From contig CP012986.1 in NCBI GenBank assembly GCA_001761425.1, forward strand, positions 90,001-122,000: 32,000 nucleotides of DNA. Reading direction: 5' to 3'. The position numbers and the translations under genes are program-made. The stretch comes from Candidatus Saccharimonadota bacterium. Lineage in GTDB: Archaea > Nanohalarchaeota > Nanosalinia > Nanosalinales > Nanosalinaceae. Positions 25,074 to 31,188 of this stretch are shown here, one piece after another. The notes beneath the pieces were generated by a model. That model was not told the DNA's origin and did not search any database. It saw only the letters and a list, made by a program, of their open reading frames with translations. Numbering within the stretch: position 1 is the first letter of the stretch; each line of letters opens with the position of its first letter.

Positions 25074-26606
25074 ATGAAAGGAGAGGATTATCTAGACTCT
25101 AAACCAAGTTTGGACAGACTTAACCATTTGGACCTGCTCAAATCAGTATTGAAAGAAGCAGGAGTTAATAAAGAAGATATAATGCTTTATGGCAGTTCTA
25201 TAACTGCTATATATGGTATAAAACCCAATAACGATCTAGAATTCATACCGCACCCAGATGTAAGATCAAATTTTCTAGAACTCGCTGAGGAGAATCCTGA
25301 TATAAACAAGGCTAGAAACGGTCAAATCCATTTTCCAGGAGAAGTAAAAGCAGTATGGGAACCCGGGAAATTCGAACCCTTCGGCTGGAGCGATGAAGAA
25401 CTGTTTGAAGATGAGACATGTTACATAGAAACTAAAGGATACAAGTTCCTCAAGTTAGAGCTTTTCGTTTCTCTTAAAGCAGCTAAAAGGCGTCCAAAAG
25501 ATTTTGAACATATAGATTTGCTTGAGGAAGAAGATTACATAGGCGGGGAAGACTGGAACTGGGAGCTAGTTCACCAGTTACCGCCCTGGGAACGCAGAGA
25601 AAGGCCTCCAAAGAGTCTCATAGAGATAGGTAGAGATTCCATAAAACAGTACGGCCTATTTTACACAGCAGCCAGAGGACCTACATATGTGGCTTCTCAT
25701 CTAGGATCAAAGGCCCTCCAGAAAATCGGTGCTAATAATGAGGCCGTCAAGGATAAACTTCAGACAACAGGAGAGAACTTGAAACCATTTATCGAACGAA
25801 ATAATCAATATCAGGTTCCTGCTCTTCTTAATGACCAGTTTGATGATGAAGAATTTGAACGCTATGATTTGGTTGCAGCTATACTTTATTTAGAGGGAAA
25901 AGAGGAGTTCAAGGATTTCTTCGAAGGCGAGGACTACGAAGAACAGATTTCTGTTACTCCAAAAGGAAGGTTGAACGGAGGGCTACTTGAGCTTGCAAAC
26001 AAGCTCGCCGAGATTTCAGAAGACGAGACAGATCTAGCCACAATAGATATTTCAGTGAAAATATCCCGTAAACCTTCTATCTCAAAAAGAGGGCGCTCCT
26101 GGGCTGAAAACAAATTTGGACCAGATAGAGTAGAACTTCTAGAGAATAGGAAAGAAGAACTGCTGGAAAACTCAGGAGTTTATTTCTACGCCATGCTTTG
26201 GCCTTCTGTCAGAGATTATCATGATGAAATTGAAGCCTGGATTCAAGACAGAATAGAGGTAAAAGAAAGCATCAACCTGGACCTAAAGGAGAATATACAC
26301 GACTATCTAGAATCTGTATATTCTGTGGATGCTAGGCCTTCAGACTGGGAGAAGGAGAGAAAGATTAAGAAAATACAGTCTTTCGGCTCCGAAGTAAGTG
26401 TTCTGAAATTAAGAGTTGATAATCCCGACTTTTGGTATGAAGAGGACGAACCAATCTCTAATACTGTCCACAGTCTTAAGCAAAAGTGCAGGAAAGAATT
26501 TCAGAAAAGGGTAGAGAACTACGAATATGGAGTTATAACCCATTTCACAGACAACTATGAACATAACGCGCACAACTCTAAAATCCTAGATAGGTACAAA
26601 TCATAA
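25074..26606 (+). CDS. Uncharacterised 510-aa protein with an N-terminal Pol-beta-superfamily nucleotidyltransferase-fold domain
   Basis: LYGSSITAIYGIKPNNDLEFI fits hG[GS]-x9-13-Dh[DE]h. The downstream KAAKRRPKDFEHIDLL resembles the R.KD..D+..L helix of small-molecule NTases. The C-terminal ~130 aa (GVYFYAMLWPSV...VITHFTDNYEHNAHN) weakly resembles an NDK-like fold. Confidence is high that this is a real gene and low for its function. Confidence 0.6.
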   Translation: MKGEDYLDSKPSLDRLNHLDLLKSVLKEAGVNKEDIMLYGSSITAIYGIKPNNDLEFIPHPDVRSNFLELAEENPDINKARNGQIHFPGEVKAVWEPGKFEPFGWSDEELFEDETCYIETKGYKFLKLELFVSLKAAKRRPKDFEHIDLLEEEDYIGGEDWNWELVHQLPPWERRERPPKSLIEIGRDSIKQYGLFYTAARGPTYVASHLGSKALQKIGANNEAVKDKLQTTGENLKPFIERNNQYQVPALLNDQFDDEEFERYDLVAAILYLEGKEEFKDFFEGEDYEEQISVTPKGRLNGGLLELANKLAEISEDETDLATIDISVKISRKPSISKRGRSWAENKFGPDRVELLENRKEELLENSGVYFYAMLWPSVRDYHDEIEAWIQDRIEVKESINLDLKENIHDYLESVYSVDARPSDWEKERKIKKIQSFGSEVSVLKLRVDNPDFWYEEDEPISNTVHSLKQKCRKEFQKRVENYEYGVITHFTDNYEHNAHNSKILDRYKS

Positions 26607-26611
26607 CCAAG

Positions 26612-27478
26612 ATGAGACTAATTTTGAAGGGAATTCAATGTCTGAAGGAAGAAGGCCCTAAAACATTCTCCAGAAAATTCTACAGATACTCTTCTCAAAT
26701 ACCTTTCAAGATAGCCAGATCAAAAGTTCCAAGGCTATACTATTCTACGGCAGAACGCTGGCATAGATATTTCAGAGATTTCAACACAGATTCCTGGGAA
26801 GCTCCTCTAAACCCATACAAAACCATATGGATAAATTCAGATGAAATCAACGAAGTCACAGGAAGAGTACCCAACCTGCCTTTTGAAGAGAGGATTAAGA
26901 AATTCGGAGAAGTCAAAGAAGGAGACTGGGATATAACAGACCAAATACAGTACCAGGCATGGTATCCAGAGAAATACGGAGATAACAAATGGCTCTATGA
27001 TTTACTCTATGATAAAAAAGTGGAGGAAACTGTTTTCTTCAGATCAGCTGATAACCATTTCAAGAACAATATTGATTGGGAGAACACAGAATTCTACCGG
27101 AAAATGATAGAAGGTTTTGATAATGAGAAATCCGGTTTTCCTACCTATGGAAGAAATGAAAAAGAGCTCAAACAAAATTTAAGAGGAATAGACCGCCTTT
27201 ACGACAAAATAAAGGACAAAGGCGTGAAGCAGCAACATCAGATAAAAAAGAAATGTTATCTACACCTATTGAACGATTCCATATTAGTTGATATTTCGAG
27301 AAACGGTAAATTCCTTTTCGTAGAAGGTAGAAGGCGCCTAACTATTGCCAAAATTCTGGATTTGGAGAAAATTCCGGTCAAAGTACAGGTTCGTCATCCT
27401 CAATGGATGGATTATCGAGACAAGGTTTACAACCAGAAGTCAGGAGAGGGGCATCCCGATTTCTCTGAATTCCGATAA
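26612..27478 (+). CDS. Uncharacterised 288-aa protein with a C-terminal ParB/Srx-fold domain
   Basis: FLFVEGRRRLTIAKILDLEKIPVKVQVRH closely parallels ParB box II (GERRxRAAkllGl.eIPv.V), the nucleotide-binding arginine patch. I do not recognise the N-terminal 200 aa. Confidence 0.6.
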   Translation: MRLILKGIQCLKEEGPKTFSRKFYRYSSQIPFKIARSKVPRLYYSTAERWHRYFRDFNTDSWEAPLNPYKTIWINSDEINEVTGRVPNLPFEERIKKFGEVKEGDWDITDQIQYQAWYPEKYGDNKWLYDLLYDKKVEETVFFRSADNHFKNNIDWENTEFYRKMIEGFDNEKSGFPTYGRNEKELKQNLRGIDRLYDKIKDKGVKQQHQIKKKCYLHLLNDSILVDISRNGKFLFVEGRRRLTIAKILDLEKIPVKVQVRHPQWMDYRDKVYNQKSGEGHPDFSEFR

Positions 27479-27531
27479 ATTTATTTTCTCAAACCATTAA
27501 TTGAATAAAGTAAGTTTCAGCAAAATATTAT

Positions 27532-28233
27532 ATGAAAGCAGTCATCCTAGCAGCCGGGCCAGGCACAAGAATGAGGCCTCTGACTGAAGATTGTCCAAAA
27601 GGCCTACTTGAGTTAAATAATGAGAGTATCATTGAGAGACAAATTAGGATCTTGAAGGACTGTGGTCTGAGAGAGCGTGATATTTCTATTGTTATAGGTT
27701 ATTGCGCGGAGGACTTTAGAAGAGAGTTCGAGAACAGAGATATTAGGTTAATTGAGAACGAAGACTGGAGCAAAACTGATAATCTTTATTCATTCAAGTT
27801 ATCCAGAGATTTTGCGGAAGGAAAAGACTTCCTTGTAATCAACGGGGACGCCATATTTTCCAAAGGACTGATAGAAAAGACTATAGCAATTGGATCTTCG
27901 GGTTATCCGCTAGACATGGAGACTCCAGACGATGAATCCATCAAGGTTGAAGTTCAAGATGGCCAAATGACAAGGATTTTGGACAAGGATTCCGAAAACT
28001 ATGATGGAGTCACCACTGAAGTGTTTAGAATTTCAGATGAGGATTCAGAGAAAATCTTTGATGCTGCAGAGAAGATATCAGAGAAAGACAAAACGCAATG
28101 GTTTGACTCCGCAGTTGATCAAATACTAGATAAGGCTCAATTCTCGGCTATTGACGTCAGCGACCAATTCTGGAGAGAAGTAGACAATCCAGAAGAACTC
28201 GAGGAGGTCAGAGAAGAACTTAAGAACCTCTAA
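27532..28233 (+). CDS. Cytidylyltransferase-like nucleotidyltransferase (LicC/IPCT-like), paralog B
   Basis: MKAVILAAGPGTRMRPLTEDCPKGLLEL... is colinear with 18119..18826 over its full length. Confidence 0.8.
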   Translation: MKAVILAAGPGTRMRPLTEDCPKGLLELNNESIIERQIRILKDCGLRERDISIVIGYCAEDFRREFENRDIRLIENEDWSKTDNLYSFKLSRDFAEGKDFLVINGDAIFSKGLIEKTIAIGSSGYPLDMETPDDESIKVEVQDGQMTRILDKDSENYDGVTTEVFRISDEDSEKIFDAAEKISEKDKTQWFDSAVDQILDKAQFSAIDVSDQFWREVDNPEELEEVREELKNL

Positions 28234-29374
28234 CTTGATCTAGAATATGCTCTGCCTGCAGACCTTCTTTCCTGTATTTGAATACTTCTTTTTTCTTATC
28301 TTTGTAATCCGTATCTTCTTTTTCCAAGTTCTTCAGAGCTTCTTCAAGTTCTTCAACTGTATTTACCTGTTTTCCCGGGACCAAATGCTTAATCTCATTG
28401 TTTAATCCTCTTTTTTTCTCGTATTCTTCTTTGTCATATTCAAATCGGATTATTGGTTTGCCTGTATGCATATAATCAAATACAACTGAAGAGTAGTCGC
28501 TAATTAAGGCCTCCGATTCTTTGAGAAGTAGGTATGGATCTAGATTGTTTTCTGAAATCATGATATTGCTGAACTCTCCAGATAGGTCGAATCTATGATG
28601 AGGTTTTAATACCATCTTCATGTCGAGTCTTTCAAGTATAGCATCTATTTTGTCTAGATCGATATCTCCTTCTATACTCTCATCTTCATCATATCTTCTG
28701 TAGGTAGGCATGTAGACGATGTAATCTTCTGAAGGAGGTTCTTCCGAGAAGAGTTCATGACCTCCTATCTCTTCATAAAATATATCATTTCGGGGATACC
28801 CCGCACAGACTACCTCTGAAGTCCTGAAGACTTTTTTGTAAAGTCCAAGATATTTTTTACTTGTCTCGAGGAAGAAATCAGGCTTATAGAACATCCTATG
28901 ATAAATAGAACTAACTGCTTCTATCAAATCTCCGCCAGACTCTTTATCAGATATAATATTCTTATACGGAAATCCGTGCCATAGATTAACTTTATTCGAC
29001 CCAAGATAGAGCCAGGAGTTCAGACTTATAGGCGAATAATTATCAAAAAATACATATTGTGCTCTCAAAAGTTTGTACTTTGCTCTCAGAGTATTAGAGT
29101 TGATAGCATTGAACCCTTTTTCCGACAAAGTATCTACAACTTCCTCATCATCACTAATCCAAACTAAATCCATACCTATCTCCTCGGTTTCAGCAAGTTC
29201 CAGAAACATGTACTTTGAATTATGAGCGAATTTTCCCAGCGAAGTGGTGAAGACAGCAAGATCCTGATCCTTAGGAAAGATTTTGGACAAAAATCCGGAG
29301 AGAAACATTAGAAATCTCTGCTTAATCTTAAGATTAAACAATATTCTTCTTACTTGGTCTAGAACTGAAGCCAT
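28220..29374 (-). CDS. CDP-glycerol glycerophosphotransferase family protein (TagB/TagF-like)
   Basis: YMPTYRRYDE (compare YAPTWR), LKPHH, and LISDYSSVVFDYMHTGKPIIRFEYDKEEY (compare the LITDYSS..FDF....KP.IFF..D...Y signature). Confidence 0.8.
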   Translation of the reverse strand: MASVLDQVRRILFNLKIKQRFLMFLSGFLSKIFPKDQDLAVFTTSLGKFAHNSKYMFLELAETEEIGMDLVWISDDEEVVDTLSEKGFNAINSNTLRAKYKLLRAQYVFFDNYSPISLNSWLYLGSNKVNLWHGFPYKNIISDKESGGDLIEAVSSIYHRMFYKPDFFLETSKKYLGLYKKVFRTSEVVCAGYPRNDIFYEEIGGHELFSEEPPSEDYIVYMPTYRRYDEDESIEGDIDLDKIDAILERLDMKMVLKPHHRFDLSGEFSNIMISENNLDPYLLLKESEALISDYSSVVFDYMHTGKPIIRFEYDKEEYEKKRGLNNEIKHLVPGKQVNTVEELEEALKNLEKEDTDYKDKKKEVFKYRKEGLQAEHILDQVRGS

Positions 29375-29440
29375 TAAACTATCTTAAAATCTTGAGATTT
29401 TAAATTATACTCGTCAAAACTCTAAACAGGCCTTTAGAAT

Positions 29441-30358
29441 ATGAAATTAATTTCAATCATTATTCCTACATACGAGAGAGAAGAGATTTTGGAAGAAACA
29501 TTGAACTCCATCCTTGACCAAAATTATGACGAATGGGAGGCTATCATAGTTGACGATAATAAAGATAGTTATCAGGAGTCTGTAAAAGATATCGTGAAGG
29601 CCTTTGATGAGAAATCGGAAAACAGTTTCAGATATGTTCTGAACACTGACGGGCAGGGTCCTGCTTCTGCTAGGAATCTTGGAATAAGTGAAGCTGAGGG
29701 AGATTATGTTGCTTTCCTGGATGATGATGATCTCTGGAAGCCTTCTAAGCTGGAGAAGCAGATAAAATCTTTGGAAGATTATGGGTTTGAGGCTTCTCAT
29801 ACTTCGAGACAGATGGATACCTCCTCAGACCATCCTGAGCATGTGGTTGAGGCCGTGGATGTTACTGATATAGGACAGGTTCTCTCTGGTAATCCTATCG
29901 CTACTTCTTCTGTGCTTGTTGAGAAGAGCTATCTGGAAGAGGTAGATGATTTTGATGAGGAGAGAGACGGAGGTGAGGACTGGCATCTTTGGGCGAAACT
30001 GGCCGATCACGGATGCAGATTCAAGGCAGTTAAAGAGCCTCTTACTGTAATTAATATGGAAATTGGGTCTTTCTCCTCAAAATCTGAGACCTCTACCCCT
30101 GGAAAGGACAAACTTACCGAAGAGTTCAGAGACGAACTAGAATCTGATAACAGGATTGCCTCGCAATATTACCTAAGTAGGGGAAAGGAACACCTGAAGT
30201 TCAAGAACTTTGATAAATCCGAGGAAATGTTGAGAAAGGCCTTGAAACACGACAAGGCGAACCATCAGGCCTATATTTTCCTGCTCTCAGGTAAGATTGA
30301 GAGAACAACAGGCCTGAATATGGTAGATCCCCTGGTAAAGATCAAGCACATGTTCTAG
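29441..30358 (+). CDS. Family-2 glycosyltransferase with a C-terminal TPR-like extension
   Basis: ISIIIPTYEREEILEETLNSILDQNY..WEAIIVDDN, ARNLGISEAEGDYVAFLDDDDLW (DxD). The C-terminal KSEEMLRKALKHDKANHQAYIFLL is TPR-like. Confidence 0.85.
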   Translation: MKLISIIIPTYEREEILEETLNSILDQNYDEWEAIIVDDNKDSYQESVKDIVKAFDEKSENSFRYVLNTDGQGPASARNLGISEAEGDYVAFLDDDDLWKPSKLEKQIKSLEDYGFEASHTSRQMDTSSDHPEHVVEAVDVTDIGQVLSGNPIATSSVLVEKSYLEEVDDFDEERDGGEDWHLWAKLADHGCRFKAVKEPLTVINMEIGSFSSKSETSTPGKDKLTEEFRDELESDNRIASQYYLSRGKEHLKFKNFDKSEEMLRKALKHDKANHQAYIFLLSGKIERTTGLNMVDPLVKIKHMF

Positions 30359-31185
30359 GTTACCTCAAGCCATGGTACAGTATACTGCTTTGGATTATCG
30401 CTTTCTTCCTGGTGTCCCCAGTCGTTGTGTTCGCCCAAGGCCTCTCCATGGTCTGCAGTCACTACTACTTTGCCGTCCAGTTCTTCAACGAGGCGGGCTA
30501 CTTGTTCCAAAGCCATCCTGAGGTCTTGTTCGTAGTGTTTGCGGACTTTTTCTTCTCCTATGTCCTGTACTAGTGCTCCCCAGTGAGGATTTTCGAGGCC
30601 TAATGCGTCTTTGATTTTCCACCGTGTTCTGTAAGGTAGTTTCCAGAAGAATTTGCTCCAGTAAGGCCTTGTCATCTCGATCATCTTTCTCTTCGTACTG
30701 GATTTCTCTGTTTCCTGGTCCTCTACTATCTGTTCCTGAAGGTTCCAGACTTTTTCTTCCTGTGGACAGCTAATGTAAGGCCTGTGTGGCTGGATATAAT
30801 GTATTATTGTTTTTCTACCGTCCGATTCTTCTATTACTTTATCTGTCAGGTCTTCTGGTAGTACAGTGTTTTGTTCTTTGTTCCAGTCTGTTGCCCAGAC
30901 GTCTTCGATCTCTCTGAAGGCCTTTGCCGGGTCCCAGTCCTCATGTGCTTTTCCGAGGCTGTTGATGTACGGATTTGCTGCGAAGTATCTGTAATTGTAT
31001 CTTGAGGTGAATGTTTTCGGCAGCCATTCCGGCGTCGAGGTTCCACGAGTTTTCACAGGCCTTAGATCGCCTTCGAGAAAGTCCTGATAGTTATCTCTGA
31101 AGTAATCGTACCGACATGCGTCTAAAACGATGAGGTAGTCCCAGTCGGATTCATGAATAGGCTGAATCTCAAGTTCCTCACTCAT
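30355..31185 (-). CDS. Soluble alkaline-phosphatase/sulfatase-superfamily protein (tandem copy 1)
   Basis: DWDYLIVLDACRYDYF (metal Asp), TRGTSTPEWLP (candidate Ser/Thr nucleophile), IHYIQPHRPYI, and VVVTADHGEALGEHNDWGH (compare sulfatase SDHGE.LGEHG). There is no CxPxR formylglycine motif. Confidence 0.7.
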   Translation of the reverse strand: MSEELEIQPIHESDWDYLIVLDACRYDYFRDNYQDFLEGDLRPVKTRGTSTPEWLPKTFTSRYNYRYFAANPYINSLGKAHEDWDPAKAFREIEDVWATDWNKEQNTVLPEDLTDKVIEESDGRKTIIHYIQPHRPYISCPQEEKVWNLQEQIVEDQETEKSSTKRKMIEMTRPYWSKFFWKLPYRTRWKIKDALGLENPHWGALVQDIGEEKVRKHYEQDLRMALEQVARLVEELDGKVVVTADHGEALGEHNDWGHQEESDNPKQYTVPWLEVT

Positions 31186-31188
31186 TTT

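Noticed and set aside
25074-27478. Interpreting the NTase-fold plus ParB-like pair as a defence or toxin-antitoxin system (MNT/HEPN-like, CBASS-like or DndB-like).
   Set aside because: I could recognise no HEPN, effector, nuclease active-site motif or cyclase-type GS...DxD...D triad. The genes are co-oriented with, and tightly spaced to, glycan-modification enzymes. A defence role is not strictly excluded, so the pair is reported as an uncharacterised module instead.
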